Positions 39,731 through 53,725 of a stretch of DNA of 64,000 nucleotides are shown here, piece by piece. The number at the start of each line of letters is the position of its first letter. Position 1 is the first letter of the stretch. Under the pieces are notes generated by a model, which made no database searches, was not told the origin of the DNA, and saw only the letters and a program-made list of their open reading frames with translations. The translations under genes and the position numbers were made by a program. Source of the DNA: the human T2T-CHM13v2.0 reference genome, Homo sapiens. The DNA lies in the NCBI RefSeq assembly GCF_009914755.1, contig NC_060940.1. The stretch is one strand, 5' to 3'.

Positions 39731-42700
39731 AATAAAAACTAATATACTTTTTGGGTCCCTGAAAGTCTCCTGAGCACTGTGCCTCTAGATCCTGACAGAT
39801 ATGGGAACCCTGCTGGGTCAATCCTCACTGCACTTTGCATCCGGGAAAGTTTGCAGTTACTGGAGTGACTTTGCTAATTACTGTCAGTCTCTGTCTTTGA
39901 ACATCATGTGGGTTGGGACCATGGCTGTCTTCCTCACCATCGGTTCCCTAGCAGGCATTGGCACTGCTTGGACTGGTTACTAGATGCTGCCCAGGTGACT
40001 ACTCAGGGAATAGCATTTGGATGAGGGAATGATGGGCCAGTCTCCCCTACCAACCACAAAAGATCCCATTCTCCTCCCTGCCCAGTGTCTGACATCTGAG
40101 GTCCTCCATGTTTCATGTACAGAAGCATAGATGTATCCCCCTTGCATGGGTCTGCTGACCTTGAAGGTGGCCAGCATCTCAGGGGCTAACCTGATCCGGG
40201 CTGGGACTGCCAGCAAGACACTTAGTTCAAGTACAGAACAACCAGCATTGCTCTTGGACACCATGTGAAGGTACTTGAATGGCCAACTTGTGTTCAGCAC
40301 CACATTGCCACCAAGCAGTACCTTGCAGGGATATGGAAAGAACTCAAAGCAGCTGTTCCCAGGCACAGTCACGGCACATCACAGCCCCTGCCCCCAGAGG
40401 AAGGGCAGCAGGGCCAGGAATTTTTCCCACCAACAGCTAAACTGTTTGCTTTTCAAATACTGGCGATGTAATGAGAGCTAAGACTTCTGGAGGAGGCAAA
40501 TCCTGCTCACTGGCTTCGGCTCTGGGGCTGGGGGGTCCTGGTCGAGAGCTCCTCGACCCCAGCAGGCTACAGGGTGATGATTGCTAGGATCTGCTACATT
40601 CCAAGGTACATCAGTATGACCTCCAAGGGATGAGAACTGGACAGGCAGCTTGACCCTTGACCTCCCTCGTTCACTGATCCCCTAGCTGTGATTATTTTTA
40701 ATTTTGATGACGTTCATTTGGGAGAAGGCAGCCCAGCAGAGCTACTTGATCCCACCCAACTCCAGAGATCCCAGCCAGGCCTGGATAGCTCCCGGGGCAG
40801 GGTAGATAGAGGAGCGTGGATGGGAGGCGTGAGACTGCAGTGAAGGATCCCACCTTGGCAGCTGCTCACAAAATGTGAACAAGTCACTTTACTTTTTTGC
40901 GAGGATGTAAAAAGATAATGTAGGTGAGGGCTTTACAGATACCTGACATGCAGGAAGGCATGAAGTGCCGGCTGCTGAGATGATGGTGAGCACTAACTTT
41001 TAAGACTGTTGGCTTTATCATGAAACAAGTATGCCTCTCCAATGTTAAAGCCCCAGTCTCCCACCTCGTTCTCTCAGATTCTTGCTCGGGAGCCCATTCC
41101 TGGGGAGTCTGAGATTGAGGTAGGCCAACAGGATGCTGCAGAGGCTGCTCCGATGGGAGGGAAATTTCCTGGCAGAAGTGGTCAGTGCTGTGATGAGGCC
41201 CTTCGGTACAGGCCTCCCCTGGCTGCTTGGGAAGGCCACAGATTTAGAGTGCCGGAATGAACAGAAAGGCTCTCCACAAAATGCATATTTTTCAGGGAGG
41301 CCTGAATAAGGCAGAATCTAGACAACAAAGGAGCCAGTGCCCAGATCCACAGGCATCCCCGGAAGCTGGCATGGGTTTGAAACTATAACATGCCCCCAGA
41401 TTCCAAATCTTTCTCTCTCCATACATCATTCCATATGCATGCCCCATAGTAGCTGGGGAATGGAGAATCAGAAGGCTGTTTTATGCCATCACTTTCTTTC
41501 CTAAACCAGGTCATCTTGTTGCCATGTACCCCAAAGGGCACATCTTTGCACGAGGTCTCAGGAAGTGATGGTGATGTCAGTTCCAGTAGCTTTTACAGAG
41601 GCGTTTGCTAATAGTGCCTTAACAGGAAATTCTAGGGCACAGCAAAAAGTTTCTCTGATGGGATGCCAGTATTTTCAGATGACTTTTTGCTGAAGAATAT
41701 TCTAGAAGATAAGATAGTCTAATGCACTGTCCTCAAAGTTGATCAGATCATCCACTCAGCCACATCAAGCTAATGCTTAATGTGCTCTATCAAGACATGC
41801 CAGGGAGTGGGTTATGCTGAGGGACAAAGCCAGCCCCAATTGCTGTTCTTTGAATGCACCCAGCTAAGGAGGAGAATTCAGATAACAATTAAATCATTAC
41901 GGAAATCAATTAAGGTAAATAATCTGATTTTTTTGATTAAAAATTTGACTTGAGTTCTTTTACTTTGTAGCCAAGAGCTTGGGGGTCAAGCAGACCCCAG
42001 CTTTCTTCTGAGGTAAGTGCAGAGTAGGACCACACCAACAACTCATCTTTCATCTTAAAAGAGACACTGGCATTCAGGAGGGAGTCCAGAAGCTGGGGAC
42101 AGTGATGATGAAGGATTACTCAACTGTTTCACATGTGCAACAGCTGGGAAGTGGAAGGAGCTTAACCTGGAGAAGAGAAGGCCATGGGATATTAGATTGC
42201 CATCTTATAACATGTGAAGGATTGCCATTCATGGGTGAATGCTCTTGGCATGGGGAGTATTGTTCTGAGTAGGACCAGAGGGAAGAACCTGGAGCAATTG
42301 GGGAAGAGGGTGGGGTGGCTTTCAGGTTCATGCAAGGAAGGACTTCCCGACTCTTGGAATGGCTGCCTTGGAACACAGGGAGCTGTCCATGAGAGAGCTA
42401 TCATGTCTCATTCTTGTCTCCATTAGCCACCCTGTTTCCAAGCTTGTGATGGGCTCCATTGAAAATGATGTTCACATATTTGGATTGCTCTCCCCATCTT
42501 TTTGAACCCCTTCCCCTCTGTCCTGCCTCATGTTCTGCTATCCACCTGTCTCTGCTCTCCTGGGGAATCTCACCTGGCCTTGTTTCCCATCTGCAGCCTC
42601 CCAAATGCCCTTAAATGATGCCCTACTGGGTTTGGTTGGATTACGGCAATACACAAAAGCATGGCTTTGGAGCAAGACAGACCTGAGATTAAATCCCAGC

Positions 42701-43129
42701 TCTACCACTCATGAGTCATGTGGCTGTGTGCCAGTGCCGTCTCTGAGCCTGTTTTTCTCATCTGTAACTTGCAGGTGATGACACTACCTGTTAGGATTGT
42801 TGGGAGACATTCAATGAGATCTGTGGATAGCCATAGGCTTAGGGTAAATAATCTCATTTTTCTTCAACAGCAATTAACCAATTTGACTTGAGTTCTTTTA
42901 TTTTGCAGCCAAGAGCATGAGGGTCAACCAGACTCAGTCTATAAGAGGTCAGGGTAGGACAAGTTTTGTCTTTTCTGCTTGCTCTGCAAGTGCTGTGGGC
43001 ATTTCAATCATTTTCAGAGAAGCGGCAAGATCCACTGCAAGAAGGAGTGGAACAAGGACTTGGCCTGCCCTACAGATAGGATCATAGCCCACCCAGCAGG
43101 GATGACTCAGGAGCATCTACCTACCCTTT

Positions 43130-43325
43130 AACTGGAGTTGCTCCTGCCATGAAAGCTGACTGTGAACATCTCTTTCTAACTCCATGTTCAGGGACTTTGT
43201 GTTGTTAGCTGGAAGTCGGCCATGGTAGGAGCATTTACACCACAGAAATTGGCAAAAGCTACGAATCAAGACTCCTTCACCCCCCAGCAATATTTATGTT
43301 ACTAAACACATTCCAGCACACACTA
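43130..43325 (+). mobile_element. MER63
   Basis: gaaagctgactgtgaacatctctttctaactccatgttcag...gtcggccatggtaggagcatttacaccacagaaattggcaaaagctacgaatca. Confidence 0.7.
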
Positions 43326-43729
43326 TTCCTTTGACACTATGAAAAGAAAGGCCCAAATCACACTATTCACCTTCAAAATCTTTGGGTTCCCAAGGAACAG
43401 GAATCAGTAGTACAGATAAACTTTGCCTTGATATGCAGGGAGAACTTTTCTGGTGGAGTTGACACCAGGGATCTGTGCCCCTCTCTGTTGTCCCCTCATT
43501 AGGAGAGCTGAGGGTGTCCACATGGGTTGTCATTTAACTTTAATCTACCAGCATCCATGGAGAGCACTCTGAGTCCCTCCTCTAGGTGTACCCAGGAAGG
43601 ATGTGGAAATCACCAATGATTGGGAACAAGCTGCACCTGTGAAGCAAGGTGCCTGGGTTGGAACTTCTCAATAATGTATCATTTCCTTATAGGGGCCTAA
43701 GGAGGCTGAGGCATGGTGTTGAAGTTTGA

Positions 43730-43950
43730 TTAGTAATAAGAACATAGCAGGTTAACCTCTAACATTTAGCACTTTCCCCCGGATTGAATGACGGATCTCT
43801 ATCTGGGTGAGCCATGCTAGCCGGCTGCCTGGGAACATTACACCTCTCTAAAAGCTGTCAGTCTCTGTCACTGTCTTTGCACAATGGAGCCCATAGCTAT
43901 TTTTAAAGGACTGTGTCACCTTTCAAGAGAAATTACGTCTGCACGAAAGA
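43730..43950. promoter_or_regulatory. Candidate enhancer with MEF2, SOX and TALE-type motifs
   Basis: CTATTTTTAA at 43897-43906 fits YTAW4TAR; ACAATGG at 43881; three TGTCA within 70 bp; non-repetitive. Confidence 0.35.
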
Positions 43951-45541
43951 TTGGTTTTTTTTTCTTTTGGTTGTTTTATATACAGATTTGGTATATAAAC
44001 TTCATCTCCCAAGGTGAAGTTCGGTGCTGAATCCCCCACAAGCTGACATTGTTTTGATTTTTATTTTAGGGAGAATATGAAGGAATCGAGAAAAAGTCAG
44101 ATAAATGCTTAAAGTCCAGGCTGTTACAGAGAGGCATCTTGTCTGTAGAAAGGAAAGGAAAGGAGCAGACAGAACGTTTGTCCTGCAAGCACTGGGTGGC
44201 AAGCATTTGACTATAATAATTGCTATTTTGTTAAATCCTTTCCCAAATTCTGCCAAGACAGAGATCGTTAACCCCATTTGAAGATGAACTGGATTAGGAA
44301 GGTGGGCTCTGAAATAAAACTCTCTGGGTTTATAATCCCAGGTTGACTTGGAGGCCACTTACCTATCTGTGATATCATGCCTCAGTTTCCTTAATCTTCA
44401 AAATGGTGCTATTCACAGTGCTTACCTCATTATAAAGGTATTGTGAGAATTAAGTTAGTTAATCCAAGGTAAGTATGTAGACAAATGCCTTGAACATAGT
44501 CAGTGCACATAAATATTGTTTGTTTGCTTGTCTGTTGTTTGTGTTAGAGTGTTTGTGTTAGCGTGCAGCATCTGATGACTATGCTTTTTCAGGCTTTTTA
44601 GTAACAGTATTGCTCTCGCTGACACACACAGATGCCTTGAATATACGAGTTACCCCCACTTTTCAGAGGGAGATCCCAGTGCTTGCCTCAATGAATTTTG
44701 TTGTTGCTGAGAAGGTTAAATTGAGATCCTTCATGTCGAATGTTTGACTCAGCCCTCAGTGCATGAAAAGCTCTCAGCACATTAAAGTTATTTATTAGTC
44801 ACCATTAGAAATAGTCCTCTCATGAGGAAACAGATTTAGAAAGTTGCGAATGAACTATAGGCACGAAGAGCAGGTTGCTGCAGTGAAAACGGAATATTCT
44901 GAAAGACTTGTCAAAGGCAGACGGGGTAGTCAAGTTAGATCTAATAAGCCTCTAAAAACCCATTGATAAAATTCTAGACTGCATACCTTTACATTCTACA
45001 CTTTAAAGAAAGTGAAACTCCAAGTTGCAGATGAAGCAGTATGGGTGTGGTTTCCACAATGGGAACACCTGGTGCTCTACTCCAGACCTGCTCAAAGCAA
45101 GTGCTTTGCTCTTACAAAAGAGAATAGTAAGAAAGTGTGCATTTATATCTTTTAAGTTAAAGCAAAATGCCTGTTATATACTGGTATATCCTTTTTTTAT
45201 GATTCCCTGCATTAAGCTTCTTTTATGATTAACTATCCAACTAGTAATCCTGTTAGCCTTGCATAAGGGACTATATTTCAACTGCAAAGTCATTTCAGCT
45301 TCAGAAACTGCCCTCACTTCTTTCTTTATCACCTGATATGGGTCCCTAAAAGGGGGGGAACATGCAGGGAAGAAGAGGGGCAAATCTGTTTATCTGAATA
45401 TCTATTAATTTAAAAATCATTGAGAAAGCTCCTAACTCATGATAGAAATCAGAGATGCAAAGATGAACAAGGGTAGGGGGGTGGGGAAAGTCCCTGCTCT
45501 TAAGGATCGCTCAGCTCTTGTGGAGGAGATATATTAAAATA

Positions 45542-45913
45542 CAGCTCCTTCTTGACTTACAATGGGGTTATGTCCTGATAAACCCAACCTAAGTTGAATA
45601 TATAGTGAGTCACAAATACATTTAATACACCTAACTTAGCAGACATCATAGCTTAGCCTAGCCTGTCTTAAACATGCTCAGAACACTTCAATTAGCCTAC
45701 AGTTGGGCAAAATCATCTAACACAAAACCAATTGTATAATATGTTGTTTAATATCTAATGTAATTTATTGAATACTTTACTTACTTACTTACTAGTGAAA
45801 AACAGAATGGTTGGATGGGCACTGGAAGCGTGGTTTCTACTGAATGTGTATTGCTTTCTCACCATTTTAAAGTTGAAATATTAAGTCAAACCATGTTAAG
45901 TCCAGAGCATCTG
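45542..45913. mobile_element. MER47A-like (Tigger5-derived MITE)
   Basis: cagctccttcttgacttacaatggggttatgtcctgataaaccc...catcatagcttagcctagcct...ttaagtccagagcatctg with TA duplications. Confidence 0.85.
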
Positions 45914-47136
45914 TAATTACAATACAACGAAATTGGTACCAAAATGGAGGTCTGATAAAGTTCCTGAAAGCATAAAGGAAGAAATGGTTAACTCTGACCT
46001 CAGTGAATGGGGTCACTGGGGCAAGACTTCAAAATAGGAGACTTGGTAAGAGTTGTAAAGGATCATTAAGAGTTGACTAGATATAGGACATCTAAGTGAA
46101 GGAAGAGAAGGAACAAATATCTGGAGGGTGAATGGGTGTGATCTATGTTGGATGGCAAATAGCTCAGTATAGTTCAGTGTAAGGGTAGTTGAGTTGGAGG
46201 GACGGTGGAGATGCTACCCATCCAGCCTGACTGGGACCTCTTCTGTGCAGTTCCCTCTGACCAGTGACCAAATGCAGGAGGTTGTGCCCGAAAAGCAACT
46301 CAAAGGCAACTTCCTTTTTCCACCCAGGAGCTGCTACTTTAATTTAATCCTTGTCTGTGTCAAGACAGATAAGGATAGGAAATTTGGTGAGAGGAGCTCA
46401 TGTAGTGTCCTACATGCCCTAATTGGGAGCTTATACATCCTGTAGGAGGGAGCCCAGGGCAAATGTTAAGCATAGTAATCACTGTGGGGGATGTGAATTT
46501 TAGAAAACGAATCCAAGAATGTGGAGGATGATGTGGGAGGAATGGAACTCAAGGTAGGGAAGGACCAGTGACACAGACAACAAAGTTGGGGGACCAAATT
46601 AAAGTAGCAGCTCCTAGATGGAAAAAGGACATTGACTGTGAGTTAGTTTTTGGACACAACTTCCCGCACCTGTCACTAGTCAGAAGGAGACACACAGAAG
46701 ATGCTCCAGCCAGGCTGGGTGGGTGGCAGTGTCATCCACTGGAACCTGGACCACAGGAAGAGGAACGGTCCCAGAACGGGGATGAAGAAGAGTTTGGTTT
46801 TTAATCCACTGGGGACAGGAACTCATGGACACACATCAAACATGGTCCCTGACAGAGCACACTGTTTTCCAACTACAAATCATGTAGCAAAAAGTTAGCA
46901 TGCTCCCAATTGAACAGTTTCGTGGTATCAGTTTCCAGAATCCATGTGTATATGTGCCATTCTGAGAGCATTCATATGATTTTGATAGAAGTGCTGACGT
47001 AATTACCTACAAGGAGAATCTTCAAGGCAGGGTCCTATGCCTGTGGGATCTTCCCGTGTTAGACCCTTAAAGAGGCAGAACTATTGCATGTGTAGAATGA
47101 AACAGAAACCCAGTTTAAACTCTTCTATAAATACAC

Positions 47137-47466
47137 TTGCTAAAAGATAAACTTAGGCACATTAAAATTTTACTGAGTTTATTTGAGCATTCAGTGATTC
47201 AAGAGTTGGGCTGCATCACACACAAGTGGTTCAGGGCACCACTGAAGGAGTGGGAAGGGAAGTGTTTGTAGAGGCAAGACAAAAGAAAATGTAATTGGTT
47301 AAAGGGGGAAGTCCCTAGTTAGAACTTAGTTGATGGTTTCTGATTGGTTAAACTTCAACTTCACTTTACTATTTACATTGAGTTGGGTTTTGGGTTTACT
47401 AGTATAGGAGCCCAAGGCACTGGAATTGTCTCCGTCTAATGTGCTTCCAGTGAATTATTTTAGAAC
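47137..47466 (-). mobile_element. ERV1-class LTR fragment (MER4-group/MER93-like)
   Basis: aaaagataaacttaggcacattaaaatttta..gagtttatttgagca..cagtgattca...tgattggttaa...attgagttgggtttt. Confidence 0.5.
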
Positions 47467-48774
47467 CCTGAAGATCTCAATCTAAATGTCATTTTCTTTG
47501 GTAAGTTTGCTCTATGTTTTTCCCCACGATAGGTAGGTCCTGCTATCGTGCACTCTCACAACTATATAATTCTCCATGTAGCACTTTTAGCAGCTGTAGT
47601 TTCACATTTCTATGTGTGTGTTTACCAGACTGATGGCTGGATTCCTGACTAGAAAGTGGAGTTGAAAACAAATACAACGCTGCTGATGTTTACTGATGAA
47701 TTTCTGGAGCCTAGTACAGTGCCAGGGATATAGATGGAATTTGGTAAGCAACTGTTAAAGGAGTGACTGATTGGTGGATGATCTCTTCATTGCACTTTGT
47801 GATGAGGGGCCCTAGCTCTCCTCTCGGAAATGCTATTGGCCTTGCAAGTTTGTGTTTGTTTTTTTTTCCTGGGATTGGGGTGTAGGGGTCTGTGACCTGG
47901 TCTCAACAGGGCTCACTGGTATGTATGTGGATTGGCTGGGAGCTGGCTGAGCTAGGCTGAATTGGCTGAGATCAAAATGTTTTTATGTCCCCCATCTTCA
48001 AGACCATGCCACAAATATCCAGAGGCCAAATATCTCATGGGGTGAAGTTTCCTAGAACCATGAAATTGTTGACGAGGTGCCATGTTCCTTCAAAGTTATT
48101 CAACATGCACTGCTTCCAAGGAAGAATGTTAAGACAATGTGTTTCCGGAAAACATGTGGACTGGGTTTAGGAACTCATTAGTATGTGATCATCTGACCTG
48201 TTTGGACTTTATGACTCCTTCGCCAATTGCGGTCTGATCTACTTGCCAAGTCAACATCTAAATGACATACATTTTTGCAAGCACATGTTTAATTTTGAGA
48301 CTGCCTTTTTGTCTTGGTTTCTCTATAAAACCATTTAAGTTTCTGTTGTATTTTTTATTCAGAAAAACTAATATTTGTTTTTCTGTTGCTAAGAACACCC
48401 CTGGTTAACCAGCTGTCATTCTCATGGTGGCAAGCTTTGCCCAAGCCTGGGAATAGTATCAGGACATCTGAAACCCCAAGGAAAAAGAATATGTAAAATA
48501 TATTCAGCTCTACAAGATTCAACCTTTAAAACGTAACTGCACACTAGACTGTCATGGTACCAAATATCTGTTGGAAACTTAAGTAGAGGATAGCAGTCAA
48601 GAGTATAGGCAGGGTTACAGCCTAAAAATATAGGTGAGATTGCCTATGTTCAAATTCCAAGTTGTCTTCTTACTTTTTTGTAACCTTGGGTCATTCTCAT
48701 AACCATTCTAAGTCTTAGTTTCATTAGTAATAAGTTAATAATTAGAATAAGAACCTACAGTTAGGAATTCTCTC

Positions 48775-49150
48775 ATATATTTAAGATTTCCTGACCTTCT
48801 AGACACATGATGAGATAGTTCCTTACCATCCCTTGCAGTTAGGTGTACCTGTGTGACTTACTTTGATCAAGGAAACTTGAGCATAAATGAAGGATGTGGA
48901 TTTCTGGTGGAAGTTTTGAGAGTCAGCATGCAATTTGCCATGACTTCTTTATCTCTCCCATGATAACTAGGAACCTCCCTATGGGGGTTCTCCATCAGTC
49001 TGGGTTCTGAAGTGAGAAACGTATGGTGCTAGAGACCTCTGCTGATCCATGATCAGAGCAAGAAATAAGCCAACATTTATTTAAGCCCTTGAGATTGGGG
49101 CATTGTTTGTTGTTGCAGCATAGCCTGGCTCATACAGACTCTGGCCATAC
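48775..49150 (+). mobile_element. MLT1J/K-like MaLR LTR
   Basis: cccttgcagttaggtgtacctgtgtgactt...gagcaagaaataagcc...ttaagcccttgagattgggg..ttgtttgttgttgcagcatagcct. Confidence 0.7.
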
Positions 49151-49844
49151 AAACTCCTACCAAGAGCTAATGAAATCATGTATCAAAGACTATTGAAAGT
49201 GTGTATCTCAGGGCTTGGTATATAGCAAGTGCCCCATCTGTAAATATTAGTTGCCATTGTTGTTGCTCCTAACTCCTCATGAAAATGCTTTGAAAAACTC
49301 AAGGTTTTTTTTTCCTTTTGTGTGACGAAGAATAATTTACCCCTAATCTATCATTTGTTTTTCACGGCACTTTGATTCTCCCTGAGGGTGCAAAGATGAG
49401 CCATATACACACGGAAATCTTCCGTACTTTGAATCAAGTTTTTCCTCCATTTGAGACAGTTCTCCTCTTTCTGTCAATTCTATGGGTGCTTGACTTTGCT
49501 GAACACCCACTTCTTTGAGGAAGTTAGCTCTCTCAGCCTGGCTGCTCAAATGATACCCTTGCTATTGATCAGTTGTACCTTGTCTTATGACAGCTGCTGG
49601 TTGAAGTCACAGGGGAAGGGGCCTACCTTCTTTGGTTTGAAAGACTGCAGTTACCATCTGTAGAAATAAGGAAGCAAGAAAGCAGAAAGACACCGTTACA
49701 GGGCTACTTGTCTGCAGTCAGAACAAATTCACTGGGGTCTAGGCTTTGAATCCAAGACATGACCCTTATAGCTTAGTCCTCTGATGCTTGTCAAGTGGTG
49801 GTTCTTGGAGGATACTACATACTAAGTGACTCAGGGATATATGG

Positions 49845-50050
49845 CAGCACTGTCCAATGCAACTCTCTGCAGTGATGGAAATGTTTTTTATTGTGCTGTC
49901 CAAGATGGTAGCTACATGTGACTACTGAGCACTGGAAAGGTAGTCAGTGTGGCCAAGGAACTGAATTTTCAGTTTCACTTAATTCTAGTTAATTTAAATT
50001 TCACGTAAGTACCCACACATGCCTAGTGGCTACCATCTTGGACAGCACAG
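49845..50050. mobile_element. MER3 (hAT-Charlie MITE)
   Basis: cactgtccaatgcaactctctgcagtgatggaaatgtt...gaactgaattttcagttt...ctagtggctaccatcttggacagcacag. Confidence 0.85.
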
Positions 50051-50899
50051 ACTGAGTGAATGAACAGCCTAGTACATTGTAGGCACTCAATGACCTGACA
50101 CTTCCATATTTCTTTTATTCTGCTTCTGCAAGTCCTGTGCATAACCAGATTCTTCTTTTGGTCCTTCAGATCTCACAGGCTCTGCCAGAGGAGAAATGCT
50201 TTCCAAAGAGAAAATAAATGGCCAGACACTAGACCAGACCAATCTGGGATGCTCTACGTCATCACAAACTCCATTTGTTCAACGAGTGACAAGTGCAGAA
50301 AGATCCTGGCTGAACAGCTCCCTGAAGGCCTGCTCAGAGGCTAGAGGCTTCCCCGTCTGCATGCTGCTCCCTGCTCTCCAGAGAGGCAGGAAGAGAGGAT
50401 CTTTGGCTCCAGAATGGAGCACAGAGATTGCACAGACTGGGAATTATTTGGAGGGCCAGGCTAGTTTTCATCGCGTCTGGGAGCTGATGCTTTCATTTCA
50501 CTGAATATCCTTACATAAAAGCTCCTGAATGAGCCACATCCCTGGCTCTTGAGGCTCCAGATTCTATCTGCTTGAAATCATCCATAAGAGAAGGTAATGG
50601 CAGGGCATTAGCCACAGAGGGTAGACATTATCTAATTTTGAACAATCAGGAAAAGATCTGAGGCCTTTTCTAGAGCTCATGTTCCACGGGTCTACGATTG
50701 TGTATTTTACAGAGTGATCCATCTGATTTGCAGTGGTTTTTAGTATATGACTATGAGAAAAGTGATCTTGGTCACTTTTCACAAAAGGGACACAGAAGTA
50801 TTTGTGAAGTGTCTACTGTGCATAATGTTACTGAAAACCTTATGTCCTTTCTCAGAGTAAATGTTGATGTCCTTTCCAAACAGCCTCCAAGTCCCCACC

Positions 50900-51375
50900 A
50901 GTAGGACCCCTGGTGCTCTTTTGCTTCAACTTCAACTTCTGTCTCCTTCACTCTGCTCACTTCAATGACAATGGCTAGTGTATATTTCTGGAATGTGTTG
51001 CTTAAACTCCTGCCTCGGGACTTTTGCAAATGCTCTTCCCTCTGATATCCCACAGCTAACTCTTCACACCTTTAGTCTTTGCTCAAAGGTCAGCTTCCCA
51101 TTCAAACCTTCCTTGACCTCTAGTTCCAATTTAAAATTGGAACCCTCCACTTCTGACTTTCTGTCTCTTTCTCCTGCTTATATTTCTTCATTTGAAATCA
51201 CACACTTTTATATACCATAAGTTGTTTTTTGTTGTTTTGCTGTCTCCTCCTACCAGAGAACAGGCTCCGTGAGGGCAAGGATGTCTATCCGCTTTGTTCT
51301 TTGGTGGGTGGTCAGCTCTTAGAACAGTGTTGGACACACAGCAAGAGCCCAAGAAATGTTTGTTGAATAAATTAA
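50900..51375 (+). mobile_element. LINE-2 3' fragment
   Basis: ctcctgcctcgggacttttgca...ctttgctcaaaggtcagcttcc...ctccgtgagggcaagg...agaacagtgttggacacacag...aaatgtttgttgaataaa. Confidence 0.7.
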
Positions 51376-53189
51376 TTCTCTTTCATTTAAGCCTCACTAT
51401 CAACTCTTCACAATCAGCTTTGCAAATGAGGCAACTAGAAGTTAGAGAAGTTAGTTGCCCAGAGTTTTGTAGCCAGTAAGTAGAAAAGCTGTATTCATTA
51501 ATAGATCCATTAAATGATTTGGGAGCCTTCCCTATGTGCTGGGAGCTGGGTTACAGGAAGGAACAACACAGACGGGATCCCTGTCCGCAAGGAACTCACA
51601 TTCTAGTGACCCCAGTGATTCTTGGGAGTCAGCTTCAAGCCTGTCTCATCCCAAAGCCCATATTTTTCTATTACATGACACTATCTGCTATGTTTAGACA
51701 AACATTACTGCATCCCAGAAAACTAGTTCTGCTCTTCTCTTTGAGGACAGGAGGATCCTCTGATTTCACATATACTAAGAGAAAGGAGGTAGATTTTCAT
51801 GACACTTAGCTCATCTGTTTGTTTGCAAATATTTCTTTTTCTTTATTTTTCCTGCCACAGCCTCAGGGATTCTGACACCCAAGACTTGGGAGTTTGTGTC
51901 GATGGAAGCAACTTTGGGGGAATTGTGCTGTGGCTTCTCACAACATTTGTATAAGGATTCACTGAGAAATCAGCCTAATGTGTAGGGCCAGAGGGCAATC
52001 TTACAAATCTCAGCCACTGCTAATGCTTCCACCCTCCATGATGGGTTCAAGGCTTGGCATGCAGTGGCATTCTGGCCAATCTCAAATCGTGAAAACTTTG
52101 GACAAGAGCAGATGGCTGTGACCTGAGCCCAGTTAGAGTGAAGAAATAACTGGAAAGGGGACTGAAATTAAACCAAACACCAGGCCTCCAAATTCTCAAG
52201 GATGGCTTCCCCCACAGAGGGCCTCTCCCAACCTTCTGTAGCTATTCTTTTCTTGGCACTCACTAGAAATGTCACGGAGGTGACTCAACCGGGAGCCTGA
52301 AATAAAATGCCAATAAGAGGAGCTTCACTCACTCACATGACTAGTTACTGGGTCAACCTGAGTAGGCAAAGGATGTTTCTCTCCTCTAAAAGTCTCCTTC
52401 CCCAGGAGGCTAATTGGCTAAAGTATACTTGGAGAGTTTCTAGGTGGTAAAAGGAGTAGTCTTAATAATTTTTCTCAGGGTTAGGAACAGGTGTAGAAAT
52501 GACATTCAAAGGTAATTGGTTTTTTGAGTTATTCTTTGGGTTGAGACTGGAGGTTATCTCCTGTTAGTTACAGTGGGCAAGGAAAGAAGAGCAGCAAGCT
52601 GGTATCATAGACCAAAATCCCTTAAAACACCCCCAAAATCTGGAGCACTTAATGTGCTGGGTGGTCCTTTGCCTATGACACCTCTGGACTCACAGAGGTT
52701 CTGACTAGATCTCAGCCTTCCCACAGTTAAGCTTACTCAAAGGCAACAAAACCATTCTTGTGACTCTTGCAAGAGCACACATCTGTTCTCTCTAAAGATA
52801 TGAGCATCTATAAGGAGCATAACTGAAGTGGAACCAGTGTGTTTGCAGAGGCAGAGAAAAGCAGTGCCACCTCTGCAGGATCCTAGGGTACAGAGGGATC
52901 ATCCTCCATCCCTTCCACTAGCTCATCTCACATGTAATCCATCAGTGAGTTCTGATTGTTGGTTTTATTTTTTCCAAAGCATATATCAGATCCACTGCTT
53001 TTCTCCGTCTCTGTTGTTACCTGCTCATTCTCTTGCCTACATAACTGAAATAAACTCCAGAATCCACCTCCCAATTTCACCCCTGCCCCCACCCTCCCTT
53101 TTCATAATTCACTGTCTGTGTAGTGGTGTGGTTGTCTTTCTCCAGCATATTCACCGAACCACACCTTCCTGACGTCTTCTGTGGTTTCT

Positions 53190-53725
53190 CATTTGTTCTG
53201 GGTGTTGTTGCTATGTAACAATCCACCTCAAGACTTGGTGGCTTAAAAGAACCACCATTTTATTGTAGCTCTCAATTAGTGGATAAAGAATTCAGGCATG
53301 GCTCAGCTGGCTGGTTTTCTTGCTTCACTCAGCATTGACTGAAGTCACTTAAGGGTACTCAGATGGTGGATGAATGGTTTGGAGGGCCCCAAACATTCAT
53401 TCACATTTTTTTTTTTTTGGTGTTTTGGTGGGAGTGCCTGGAGGGCTGGGCCCTGATGGAATTGTTGACTGTTGCCTCTTCAACATAGTGGTCTCAGGGT
53501 AGTTGGCCTTCTTACACAGAGGCTCCCAGAGTAGTGTTTCAAAATAAGAAGTGGAAAGTGACCCTCCCTTGAGGTCAGATTAGAAATTGGCATAGCATCA
53601 CCTCTGCCATATTGTACTAGTCAAAGGAGTCACAGAGCCTCCCAGATTCAAGAGCAGGGGACACAGACGCCTCCTCTCAATGGGACGAGTGTCTAGAAAT
53701 ATGTGCTCATCTTCAACTTGCCACA
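53190..53725 (-). mobile_element. MLT1H/G-like MaLR LTR inserted in an L2
   Basis: gttgctatgtaacaatccacctcaagacttggtggcttaaaagaaccaccatttta...aattggcatagcatcacctctgccatatt...cccagattcaag. Confidence 0.7.

Noticed and set aside
40527-40563. Short hairpin ggtcgag-agctc-ctcgacc
   Set aside because: A 7-bp stem with an imperfect extension is expected by chance in 64 kb
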